Shown here: positions 38,865-52,296 of the stretch, piece after piece
Position numbering within the stretch: position 1 is the first letter of the stretch
Layout of the letters: every line of letters starts with the position of its first letter
From: Tubiluchus corallicola
Lineage: Eukaryota > Animalia > Priapulida
Assembly (NCBI GenBank): GCA_030141605.1
Contig: JAQGDQ010000018.1
Span: 558,001 to 622,000 of the forward strand
DNA length: 64,000 nucleotides
Reading direction: 5' to 3'
Made by a program: the position numbers and the translations under genes
Notes under the pieces: generated by a model
What the model was told of the DNA's origin: nothing
What the model saw: the letters and a program-made list of their open reading frames with translations, nothing else
Database searches by the model: none

Positions 38865-40676
38865 GTGAAAAATTGACAGCACACTGTTACACGTGACATT
38901 CAATTAGCTAAAATGTTCCAAGATAGTGATCCAAGTTAAAACAAGGAGATGGACTCACTGAAATGTGAAGGGTTGCGATGACCAAGCTATCATACAGGGT
39001 ATGCACATTTAATTTCGCAAAGACAATCCAAGTTCATCACAGTAATTTAATAGAAAGATTACATTTTCCAAGTATTTCTGAGATATCATTTGATTCATTG
39101 GCATTTTATTTAAATTGCCTTCGAAGTCTCGTAATAATTATTTGCGATTTGTTAAGCGGCAAAAATCAACATTAGTTAGCTAGGCTTATTTTATGTTGCT
39201 ACCTACATGTATTTACAATCATACCTGATACCTGTCAAACTGACATTATTAATTTTTTTAGTTTACGTGTATGATGGTTCAATACCTTACTCTTTTTAGC
39301 AAATGCTTTTCAATGGATACATTTGCATGAATTAGTAATGCACCAGGCCACGTTGCCATTAGGTGAATATGCAAGTCATTGTTTGCAGAATACATCAAGT
39401 CATTTATAGCAATTTGCAAAATATGTGTACATAATTCCTCGTATAACCATTACTGTGACACAATGAGGCCATTTACCTGCTTCTATGCAAATTGTTACAT
39501 TGTTCCATGTAAAGGCAAGAATAATAAAAACGTTGTCAGCAACAACTTCTTTTATTTGTTTGAGTTTGTTCTGATAGCATGTCTGGTTACAGTCCGTTGA
39601 CAGCAAAGTCATAATCAAACCAGAAACCAAATTCGCTTCAAAATGCACTGCATGTCAAATTAGTAAACAGCACTGGCACTATGGCTTAAAATAACCTATT
39701 GTTATTATCACAAGAATTATGAAGAGCAGATAAAATAACTTAAGTGATAGCACTTCGCTGTACCTTTATATGTAAACAACACAATAGCTATTCCATTGTT
39801 TATTGCATCTACCTTCCATAAGAAAGATTTGCTTAAGCTCAGACACCTTTACTATTACCACGAAGGATTAGAATGAAAGTTAGATGAAAATTCAAGTCAA
39901 AGCGGCCTCAAAGAGTAACAATAGTTCTAATACACTATAAACCTGGGTAGTCACGGCAGCCCTCAAGCAGCAAAAAGACTAGCTAAATAATTAGGTGTGA
40001 TCCTTTAGTAGTTTATATAGAACAAGATACTGCTTCTTACGAATTATGAGATTAAATTGATCAGCCTATAAGTAACTATTAATTACGGAGTTTGCAAATC
40101 CTGAATTTTTTTTATGTCAGCTACATTTTTTACTGAATGTGTTTACAATGATTAAACAAGCGGTCATGTAACAAGCAGAGAATTTGTCAAAACTAAGAAA
40201 AATTTTTGTCAAGAAACAAAGCAGTCAGAATGACATATCTTCCACAAAGTAAAAACATAATTCTTACAAATAAGCTAAAATTGCCTGTCAATTGTGGCAT
40301 TGTTTGTCTCGGCAGAATGCGTATAGAATTCAGTGATCACTAGGTGCATAATGACAGGAAAAATATTTGTCTAAGAAAAGTGATAAATCGGTTTGACAGA
40401 TAAAATTACTGGCAAAAAATAATCATGAAAACAGATTTTATTTAGTCAAAAGCACCAATTAGCCAAAAAACTTTTAAACTGTTGACTAAATGACAAATGG
40501 TAAATTATTGTTATTTTGGTATTACATATGTGCATACAAGCACAGAACTCCTTACAGTAGTAAAAAAAAATCTGTATTGTACCCATTTTTGCAATGCGCA
40601 ATCGCTGAAGTGCACACTATGATATACCAATGAAAATTTTATTGGTACCACACTGAAAGTTTAGTTGTTATTAGTA

Positions 40677-40816
40677 TTAGCCTTCGTATTCCCACACTGA
40701 AGCAGCTCCCATTCCAGTTCCAATACACATTGATATCACACCATATGATCTGTAATTAAATCCAACAAATAGTAATAGTAATAATAATAATAATAATAAT
40801 AGTAATAGTAATAATA

Positions 40817-40851
<35 letters not shown>

Positions 40852-43800
40852 ACTACTACTACTACAACAATAATTTTTATTAGTATTCTTTATTTGTGAT
40901 ATCTTTTAAATACACAGCAAGTACAAGTTTATAACACATTACAGAAATTAATCAGATAAAGCACACGTGACAAATGGCAATTTCAGGCATCACGGGTACC
41001 CCCATAAAGTAAAAAAACAATTTTACTTATTTCCAATGGGGACATAACACATAATACAATATGCTTACACATTAATGCACTGATAACAGTTGACATTTTA
41101 AATTTGCTAAAGTTGCGACAGCAATGCAATGAATAAGTAAATGAAGTGAGTAGCAGAGTAAACCAGATCCACAAAGAAGTAAGAATAAGACATTCCTGAA
41201 TGTCACTGGTTCACAGAAGTTAACAAGTGGGTTCATATATTTGAAAAATTCACTTAGTACGAAACTTGACTAGGCATTAATGACGAGACCAGATGAACGT
41301 AATAGTAGAAGGTTACTTTCGTTAAACTATTAACCTGAGGTACCGCATAATTATAATTACTGTGCCTAGTATTAAGTATGAGACTTGCCTACTTTAACAA
41401 AATTAGCATGTACCGTATATACTCGCATATAAGCCGAATTTAGAACTATAAAATACAATACTGAAATCAGGGGGTCGGCTTATGTGCGCATGAAACAAAA
41501 TGAACACAAGGACAGACACTAATGCCAATTTTCCAGCCACACATTTTCATCGCTATCTGACTCTTTATTTGGTTGTGTGTCACCAGTGGTGTATTGGAGG
41601 GGTATCGTGGCGTATCGCCGTCCACCCACTTTTTTTTTAGAAAACAGACACTCTATATAAGTTTGAGACAGAGACGATGAGGGTGCTAGTGACAATGATT
41701 TTGAAGGTTTCTAATTATTTTTAGAACGTTAAATTATAAACAGAAATGTTATAATTTTTTGTGAATAAATAGAAAACAAAATATTTTCTTCTTTATTCAT
41801 ATCAAAATGTATAATTTCTTCTATTTCTTCTAGTATGTAACATAAAAGTAAGCATTTTACATCTTTATAGTAAAAAATTTCTATGAACCAAAAATACCCA
41901 ATTAACAAAATGTGACAAAAAGGGATCAATTTTGTTGATTGGGTATGGAGTAAAATTAGACAAGTTGATGGTCGGCTTATATACGGGTTTTTGCAAAAAC
42001 TGGCCATTTTAAAGCAGTTTTAGGGGGTCGGCTTATATGCGATGTAGGCTTATATGCGAGTATATACGGTAATAATTGTGGGCCGCTATTATAAAAGATG
42101 TCAAGCACTAAGGACAATGTTAAAAGGCCCATATTTAAAAGGTTCAGTATGGCTTGTCAAACATGCTGTCAAAGTTTTTCTTGTCAAACATGCTGTCTAG
42201 GCTCCACTTGACAGATATATCTTACTAGTTTTGTTTTCAGTAACTTGACTAAAGATAGGCTAAGTGCATGCTGAAGACTAGGGAAAAACCTTTTAAATGG
42301 CCATATAAAAATTTTACCCTGGGATTACATGTCTGAACCAAGTTTTGTACAAAACAAGAGTTGGTCATCGTCTCATAAATAGTTACACCAAGATATCTTA
42401 CAGAATTGCTTACACGTACAGTTTGCCATTAAAATTCACAAAAAAATTGTTATCTTTTGACTCTTGCATTTAGAAGTAACTAGGATAGTCTCACTCTTTC
42501 TAGATCTTATTTTTTCATGTGATTTACATAAAAATCTCTATTTTTTTACAACCAAGTTAAAAAACTGCAACAAACTAAATACATAACAACATACCTAATT
42601 ACAATAATCAAAGACTTATTTATAAGATAGGTCAACATTAATGATTAAAAAAGCTCAAGAATGGTATTCTATGCAGTTTGAATTTCCACATTAAGCACAT
42701 AACAAAAGACCAAGTAGAGTCCATATTATATCTAACTACTGACTTGTGGTAAATTGAGTTGCCAGCCTCTTACAGCAGTTTAAATAGTTCAATAAATATT
42801 GCACTGAATTGCCTTTATAGCAGACTAACGAAATATGCAAATACTCAGAAAAGATTCTTATTCCAAAGACTTTGTAATAGTAAGTGAGTTACTTTTGGTA
42901 TTAGATAATCTAATTTCTTTTTTCTTTCTAACAAGAAATATAATCAAACTGTTTAGCAAAGAACTTTGATCTAGTAAGCCTTTCCAAAAGGTAAGCCTTG
43001 AAAACCTGGGAAATGGGATTGACATAGAGTTGACAATGCGTTGACTAGCAGAATATATAGGCTATACAATAAATAGCAAGAATTCCATTACGCATCTTTG
43101 GGTACAGACAGTTTGAACCGAACTGAACCCGAAAATTTGCCTGTTCTAACTCTTTGAAAATGATTCAAGTGCTAATTATACTGACTGTACAAGTGACTGA
43201 TTATACAAATGACTGTAAAGCAAATTTTTCAGTATATCCAACTGTTTAAATAATGCAAGGTTACTATCACTACTAAATTACTATTAAACACAAAATTTAC
43301 TATATTAAACTAACCTTTTGCCTCGTCGCTTTAGCTCATGTAACAATGTCCCAACTTGACGCGCACCTGTTGCACCTAATGGGTGTCCAAGTGCAATTGC
43401 ACCACCCTTTGGATTAACCTTGTCCCAAGAAATGCCAAGCTTTTCAACACAGTAAACTGCTTGACTGGCAAAAGCTTCATTAATCTCAAACATGTCAATG
43501 TCGCTAATTGTTAAACCTACAAAGAAAATGCAATCACCAACATTTCATGAAAAAACTGTTCTCAATTCATAACTGGCCCATTCAAGATCTGAATCCAAAA
43601 ACAATACCAGTCCGCAAACAAGAACAGCTAGGGGTGTTGGGGAATGCTGTAAGGCCCCAAGCCAATCCCCAAGGTGCTTATTGTATTTCATGTCCTTGAA
43701 ATTTTAACCAAATGTTGGTTCAAAAAATTTTACTTTCATGCCGAAAATTCAGCCAGCCGAGTGCTTTAGTTTTACACTCCATCATTCCATCAAAAAATTC

Positions 43801-46800
43801 ATTCGGAAAACGTTGAATCATTTACATCAAAGAATTCCAGAAAACTCAACATTTGAAGCTTTTTTGAATATTCCCGAGTGAGTCTTTCTTTATTTATTCA
43901 GGAGTGAACTCTACTGTACACATTAGCACATTACATTTTTGTAAAACAAATGAGTAGTACTTTGTTAACGAAGAATTAATATTGTGAAAAATTGATTTTA
44001 ACATTCTTAAATTGTAATTATCCCTGAATTCTGCAGGAAATTAGCCAAAGAAAGCAGGGCTGTAATAGGATGGCTAACACTTGATAAAGAAAATTCAAAA
44101 TAGGCCTATCATGTTAAATAGGACAAAGAAAGCTGCTTCTACCTTCGAGTAAAGATGTGACACAACTTACCAGCTTTTTCAAGAGCTGCAGGAATAGCAA
44201 AGGCTGGCCCAATTCCCATAACAGCTGGAGGAACACCAACAACGGCATAGGATCTTAACACGCCAAGGATGGGTAAATTCATTCGCTTGGCAACAGAGCG
44301 TCGAGTCATAAGAACAGCTGCTGCTCCATCACTGACTTGACTGGAGTTTCCTGTCAGAGAAACTTATTTGTCAGTACACACACAGTAGGCACCGCATAAA
44401 GGACTCACTTTGGGGTGGAAGTGTTTTGAACCAATTAACCGACTGATTCAATTAGCCTATGGATGTAGTCTATTACTACTATAGCAGTATGAGTCATGAC
44501 TCAACACCTTAGTATGCATTGCAAAGGGTGTAAATGACTTTTAGAAACTAATTAATATCAAAATTCATATGTGCAATTATTTAAGAACACTAATTTATAT
44601 AAGTGAATTAATAAAAAAGGAAAATAAAAATTGCACAAATCTAATTATTACCACTAAAAATTACAAACATTCATGGAAGGTCGGTTGCTTCACTTCTTCA
44701 CGAAGAAGTTGGTTTATGAAATTCTCATACTGATAAATATTAAAAATCTGCTGCTGTGTACTGCAGATATTCATGCAAAACACCTATAATCACATAGTAC
44801 TTGAGCTGCAATTGGTGATGACCTTGTTTCCCCTGTGAAAAGCAGCGGGAACTTCAAAAGCAAACTGATGGGCAAGCTATTAAATGTTTAGCTTCCAGAA
44901 ACAACAAGGTTAACTACAGCACATATAACATATTGCACTTGCTTACAAACAAAACTGTACTTAACATGCCTACATGTATCTACGTGTATTATAGTGCACA
45001 AAACCGATGTAAAGATGACATAAACGCAGTAAAAGCTCTTCAGCACACACAAGTGTCTTATTTTAAGTACGTGAAGGAAAAATATTGAGTCAATTATGCA
45101 GGGTTATTTGAGTCAATTACCGACAGTTTTTATATACATATGAATAAGAGCGGCCCGTACCAGACTTTTTTGAGTCTATTACGCAACAGACTCTATTAAC
45201 CGTGAGTCTAATAAATGGCGTCTACTGTACATAAATTTTTTGAAAAATGAATAGGTGAAACTGTGAATGTAAAACAACCCAGTATTAATGAAAAATTAAT
45301 GTAGATTTATTTTGCTGAAAAGAAGTTACTACAGCTGACAACACACACAGGTTTCTACTTTTTAAATGTTTAATGTCCACATAATAGACTACTGCTATGA
45401 GAAGTGAGAAGGCTATTTGAATGTTCACAGTAATTCCCATGTTCACATGCATAAACTTACTGCATTAATTTGCTTCCCTTTAAGTTTTGTTCGTAGGTAA
45501 TAGTAAAACTTGGTTAGTAAAAGTAAAATTAAAGTAGAAAATAGGTACGACTCTGTCTATGAGGGGCAAATATACCCACGAAAGCATCCATCTACTGTGC
45601 ATTAGCCTATTGCAGGCATTTGTTTTTGTCAAGAGAAAAGGGCATTCATAAAACTGGAAGCACATAGAAACCAATAAGTTACCCTCTTACAAGCATAAAA
45701 AACTGGTTTATGTGAAAGCTTAAATTAAAATTTTCACAATCGAAAAAAGGAAAAAATAAAGAAGAAAAAAGAATGCATTATAAATTACTTCTAATGTTTA
45801 TAAAACTGTTTTTCTTAGAACATCAAAAAAGTTAAAAGTATTGATTGAGTGTGATGATTTAATTTTAAGAATTTTTTGATTTTGTGACTTTAGAAAGAGT
45901 TCAACTGCCTTTTGATGACGAATGAATCCTATGCTTACCTGCAGTGGTTGAACCACCTTCTTTAAAAGCCGCCTTCAACTTTGCTAATGCTGCTTCACTA
46001 GTGTTTGGTCTAATGCCTTCATCCTCTGTAAAGTTCTGTAAAATATTGCAATCCAAGAGAAACCAATTTATATGTTCAGAAAGAAAAACAATTTTTAGAA
46101 TATGGGGGTGAGCCTGGCAAGAATGTCCATGGGATGTTTTTTTTTTGTTTATTCTGATTCCTGATGGCCTAGAGTTTAAGGATTTAAACAATGACCAATA
46201 CAACACCTTGGAGAATTTGAGATTTCAAGATGACAACCACTATGGCTGCTGAAATTTTAAAAACACAGTTTTAACACCTCACTTTAGAGCTTATAAATTT
46301 ATTATCAGTTGATATAAACATATACCCAAAACTTTATGACAGAAGTGGTTTTAAGGTCCTAGTACATACATACGACGTCATATTAACTATGATATAATCA
46401 ACTAGAATTCTTAAACATACTTTTCATTAATAATCATGCACTTTAGCACACAAAAAAAATGCATTACCAACTAATAAAAACATTTGCATAAAGTACCCAA
46501 GTATCAAGGGAAGAACATAGGCCCTGTGTATGATGTGATTATGATGACGGGTTCCAGAATTTAAAACCGCATATTTTACCAAAAGTATTTTATATCAGGA
46601 TATTTCAAATATACTACTGACTTACACAGATTGTGGTCACTATTATGACAGCCTAAATAATTAGCTCTGTTTGTTAGATTCTAGGAAGTGTGAATTTAAA
46701 TTTGTTCTAATCTAACAAGATAGTTGAGTACTACTGTTTTTATATAATATGTGCAAGGAAAAGAACAGAGCACCCTGTTATGGTGAGGCGTTACAGATCA

Positions 46801-49800
46801 GATCGACTGAAAGAAGAAGCATGAAAGAACATATTATACCACACAGCTTATATGTTAAATACGACTGCAAATTTTAGCTTTCATTGGATTTTGTACAAGA
46901 ACTTCTTAAACCAATGGAATTTATTATTGGCCATCTCCAACTATATCATTAATGCATCAAGACATTTTCTCTATCCGCCTTGCAAATTTATCCCATCTAA
47001 ATTATGCTTTTTTGTGTCACGATTGCTCGAATGTTTATAATTTCTTTGAATGCCGGTCATTATTTTGCTCGTTAAATCTACACAGAGAATAAAGATTTAA
47101 AATGCTTATACAATTTAAGACTTAATAGGTGTGTCCGTCATAGCTAATTTGCATCCTCTCCAAAAAGTTGAAGGTTGCACTTGAATAAACAGGCCCAGTG
47201 ATCAGGTAGAAATGTGAATAAGAAAAAGCACTACAAATTACTACAAAGTAATGAAGTTTATTATTTCTTACTCGAACTGGAACTATTTCATCCCTGAAAA
47301 GCCCTTGCTGCTTTGCATTGAATGCTCTATAAAAGATACACAACAATGACAAAAACTAGAACAGTATTTTCAATTATGAAAGCATTTGGAAAAAGAAGTG
47401 CTAGTTTTTGCTGACACTTTCATTGTTCATGATGAGCAAAACGCAAAGATGCACAGTTTAGGTATTCAAAATTATTTATATCTGTCAATAAAAGAAAGCA
47501 GTATTCTCTTTATCATATTTTGTAGAATGATTTTTTATAAAAAGCAACATTTTAATTTTTGGTAGTAAGAATTTTTGAATTGCATGCTTTTATGGAATTT
47601 ATAACTTTGTTTATGTTTCCTTTTTTGGGCTAATGATGCGAACTGATTCAATTATGCTGATTTTAAAGTACAAAATTAGTTAACTATCATTATAAATAAT
47701 TTCCATAACAATCTTGCCATAAAAGTTAAGCAAAGTTAAACCAAAAACACTTAAGAAAATGTCATAAAATTAATATATTCTAACCTTTTGTGAGACTGAT
47801 AAGCCAACCAGTCTTGCTTTGTTCGAGAAATGTTATACTTTTCAGCCACATTCTCCGACGTTATACCCATGGGTATGAGACAGTCTGCAGCATCTTGGAT
47901 TTCCCATGATTCTGCACTCACTGGTTCCACTTGCTTAGCTTGTCTGTTTGGATCTTGAACCGACATCATTTCAACCCTGTTACATTGCACAGTTATTTTA
48001 TATTAAAACAATTTAGAAGGCAAATGTTAAATAAATAAAAATACTTTCTTCTAATTGACAAAAATTTTTCATTACTGCTAATACTGTAGCATCACCAGCG
48101 TGAAATGTAAAAAAGTATTGATTCCACTTAAATGTCTAAAAACAAAATGGTTAAAATATAATATTACAAAAAAATTTTAAAGCTCAAAATTAAAATGACC
48201 CTTGTGCTGGTAACAGACACAATTAATGTGACCATTAAAGTGACATCTATAAACATCTTTATTTAATGTGATAGGAGTAGAAGAATTAGTAATCGAGTGA
48301 TCATAGTTATAATGTCATAACACATTAAAAGCAATTGACTGTTTAATGATACTCAACTGATTGTTCGGAAATAATTTACGAAAATATTGGCTATCAGTGC
48401 CTGTCTAAATTAATGACAGATAAATTTTCTTGCCGAAACAGAAGAAAATTTCAAAACAATTAATACTAACCCTGCACCAATCCCAATGTCAATAATGCCT
48501 GCTTTTATAGCACTGGCTACATTCATGCAAGCTTGCAGACCCGAAGAACACTGTCGATTCACAGCAGTAATCGGAACTGTGAAAGGGATTCCACTGGAAC
48601 CAACAAGGTAAATTTTAATTAAATACTTCTCTATTATTTGCTCAATGTACTTTTTCAATGCTTTCATACGCAACAGAAAGATATTCTATGTAACGAAATT
48701 ACAAGATTGCTATAATATTTAAACAAGATGACACAAAAAATAGTAAAGCAAGTAGACTTTCTGTTTTAGTGCAATTCTTAACTTTTTACAAAATTCTGCT
48801 AATAGCCCGTATGCTGTTGGTTACGGCAGGACCATGAACTAGATATATATATAAGTCTTCTCTTAGTGTTTGGTAATGCTTGTGTAACTAAGCCATTATA
48901 ATTGTAAATATTTAAGAGCTTTGTGTTGTATATTTTGTCTTAAATTAATTTGCAATAAACTAAATCAAATCAAGTCCTTAGTGATGTTGAATATGATGGT
49001 GATCTGACATTAAAGGTCAAAATGTTGCTTATAATCACTTTTTACTTTATTTTGTACAGGTAATTCAATAATGCTAATTTCATTTTCCTGAATAAGTTTT
49101 CAGTTAAATTCAGATAACTTCTATGAATTAAAAATTTCCACACCAACTCAGTCATTATCACTTTTTTAATATTAATCATAGTGCTGGCATTATTGCTATT
49201 ACAAATTTATTATTTTTTCTACCTTCTAAATTGTGCAACACGTGCTACTACTGCCCCACTTCCAAACATAGCCACATTTCCTATAAAAACATTTATCCAT
49301 TTTAAAACAATAGCGACAACTTGGAATTCATCACATTACTGGTGGTTTAATGAAATTTGTGCATTGCCAAATCTGCATTATACTAAAATTGGGAACAGGT
49401 ACAATTCAAGTCCTGCTCATAGAACTATACTCTTTAAAAGACAGACAGAGTACTAGGCTTAATGCACATGGATTGTTGTAAAGTTCCAAATAAAATCAAT
49501 TGATGCTTTATAGACAAATGGATTGTTGTGAAGTTCAGAATGATATAAACTGATACTTTGTAAACATACAAAATTTCAGCATTCTTTCAATGACTTACCA
49601 ACTTGAATATCTCCTATAAGTTTAGGATCAATTCCTGTGTCAGCAAGCACTGCACTGAATACTGTTGATAATAACTCATCAGTCTTGATATTCTATAAAT
49701 TCATTCCAAACTTTAATAATAACAAATTCAATATTTTTATTTTTTCACAATAAATGACAGCAAAGAAAAGCATGTCCTCGGAAAAGTTGAATTCATGCTT

Positions 49801-50040
49801 ACTATTTTTGCTACAGAAAAGACAAAAAGAGTTACGTCAACTAAGGAGCACATAGAAAGAAAGAAAGGCAGTTCTCGCAGGATGAGAAAGCAAAAAAAAT
49901 AATAAATTTTTATCTAACTTACTTTTTAATAAAATAAAATTTAAAAAAATGTGAGAAAAAAGAAACAATTTAATCAATTGATCTAGAGAGAGGAAGAGAA
50001 AGAGAGAAATAAAGAGAGAGAGAGAGAGGAGAGGGGAGAG

Positions 50041-50080
<40 letters not shown>

Positions 50081-50300
50081 AAAAGAGTGAGTGAGTGAAT
50101 GAGAACTAAGGAATTAACCATTTTACCTGATAGTAGCCTTTCCTAGCTCTTGCTATGGGTGTTCTTCGTGCAGCTACAACCACGATGTCACCGTCTTGTA
50201 CGCTAGCTGTAGAGCATTGTTGCATAGACACGATACCATCTGACCGGTACCTTGTATCGTTTTTGCTCAAGTGGTTTACTATTATTGCAGCGCGATGCAT
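40677..50300 (-). CDS. ACAA1: Peroxisomal 3-ketoacyl-CoA thiolase (~415 aa, 10 coding exons found)
   Basis: Exons 50300-50127, 49692-49599, 49280-49223, 48593-48471, 47976-47785, 47326-47272, 46035-45939, 44350-44171, 43516-43315, 40749-40677 splice in frame (1248 nt). Motifs: NRQCSSGL (catalytic Cys), [62 protein letters not shown]; N-terminal PTS2-like RAAIIVNHL. Confidence 0.95.
40770..40872. repeat. (AAT)n(GCT)n(ACT)n compound microsatellite beside the last ACAA1 acceptor
   Basis: Direct reading of the sequence. Confidence 0.9.
41413..42069. mobile_element. Tc1/mariner-superfamily (pogo/Tigger-like) MITE in an ACAA1 intron
   Basis: Perfect 23-bp TIRs ccgtatatactcgcatataagcc / ggcttatatgcgagtatatacgg, flanked by TA at 41411-41412 and 42070-42071. 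Confidence 0.88.
44383..45227. mobile_element. Older Tigger-like MITE in an ACAA1 intron
   Basis: Imperfect TIRs cagtaggcaccgcataaaggactcac / gtgagtctaataaatggcgtctactg, followed by TA on the right. Confidence 0.55.
49985..50080. repeat. (GA)n purine-rich microsatellite in ACAA1 coding intron 1
   Basis: Direct reading; it is the source of the spurious LSLSLS ORF. Confidence 0.95.
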
Positions 50301-52296
50301 AGCTACTATAAACCAAAGAAACTGAATAAATGCCAGCCTTATGCATATTGTAACAGAAATACATACATACACATAATCCAAGTAAACCTCTGTGTAGTAC
50401 AAAATAGTAAAAAGCAACATAAGATTATAAATTTCTTAATAAGATACTGCCCAAAATATTAGTAAAACACTTTTGCTCAATTCTTAATAATTGTATTAAA
50501 CAAACTTACATAATTTTACCTTTTGCACTGTCTGCCTCAATGAACCAACCAAGTACTGCTTGATAATCTCTTGGTACAGTACAAAGGTAATGTTGATAAA
50601 CTGGCGAGAGAAAATGTTTCACATAAACTTTATTTTACCAAACTTACCGCACAAGTCTAAGTCAGAAGCATTAAAAACAGTCTATATTTATCAAAAAAAT
50701 TAAAAAAAAAGATTTCGTGAAAATAAAAGATCAAGGCAGTTTTTTGATGCATGTTGACAAATTCACTCGTCATTTAATACATTTTTTCTCCACGTTATTT
50801 TTAATTATTTAATACCACGTATTATGTGGCACTCACATTTCTGGCCAAGTACAAGAAGCAGCAGATTTGACATCGATGCAGTACCTAATTCTTGAATAGT
50901 AACCATGTAAGACCAATTTACAAAAATTTCAACAAAATAAACCAGTGATTTACAAAAAATATCACTTGTTTATTGAAAACTGCATAGCTAACACACATTA
51001 CAAATATTTTAACTAAAGGAAACTAGAATACGTAATTAATTAAATTACAAGCTGAATACAGAACACTACATAATTCAATCGATAACTTAACAAAAATAAC
51101 AAACGTTAAATGTATTTTCATTTGAACTGTAAGTGAAGATTAAATACATATGATCTACACATTGTTTTAGCATGTAATTAAACAACATAAACAGATACGT
51201 CCCATCACCAGCAACTTAGCTATATGAATTTCTTTTAGCTCTGGACATTTATTTACAATTTCAATGAGAGCTTGTTAAAAAATTGGCAACCTTTGTTAAA
51301 AAAAGCATTACAACTTAAGTTACACACAGAATACATGCCCTGAACTAAAATAATGACATCTTAATGAAATTTGTAGTCATCCGTCTCACTAACTTCTGAG
51401 ACAAGTGACGAACATAAAAAATAGCAGTATCTTATTACACAAATACATAAAAGTAATTGAAATAACACTTCTAAGACTCATGTTGAAAAATACAGTGAGT
51501 TTAAAAGCACATGCATACCAAATCTTTAATATTATGTATTATAGCTATGCAAGAAACTTGAATTTTCAAATTAAAAACAATTTGGTATAACAATTTAGCC
51601 AAAATTATTTAAAATGATAAATTTAGTAATTGAACAAACAACAAAATAAAAACAAAAATGCAAAAACTAGCAATTTTGACCGGTACACCCGTACATTGTA
51701 TTATGTAATACGTTTGCAGTTTAGTACTACTAATGAAAGATACTGATTAAACAAGTTTCTTCGCCAAACATTTGCACTAAAGTGACTGAAACAAGTTATC
51801 ACATAGTCTGTTAACCAGATACATGCTGGAAAGATGTGCCCTTTAGTAATTATAATTACATATTACATATTCATACTCTCTTACTGTGCAATAGGTTGCA
51901 ATATTCTATACCTCACTTGTAATTTGCAGTTAAATTTTAAAAATTTTGCAGAGTTGCCTAAATTATATGTAATGCAGAATAGTTACCATTAGTTGTGTTA
52001 TATATAATTAATTATATAATATATAATGGAGAGAAGGAATCTTCTCATGGTGTAATTAGCTTAATGCACTATAATAATCACAAAACTGCACTCATATTAA
52101 GTCACATGAAACAACAAGCAAATATTATTACACTTCTAGAAGATATAGACGGCCAGTCAGCCTCTGGCCAATGGTCATATAGTAATGTAGGTAATATTTA
52201 ATCATTTTCAGGAATGGCATTCATTATGTCAATATTTAAATTAATTTCAACTAACATGCAAATATTACTACACCACTAAAGCATATGAACAGTTAC

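Noticed and set aside
49837-50121. Low-complexity ORFs such as LSLSLS (also 17140-17472, 27041-27274, 63023-63250)
   Set aside because: They are translations of microsatellites.
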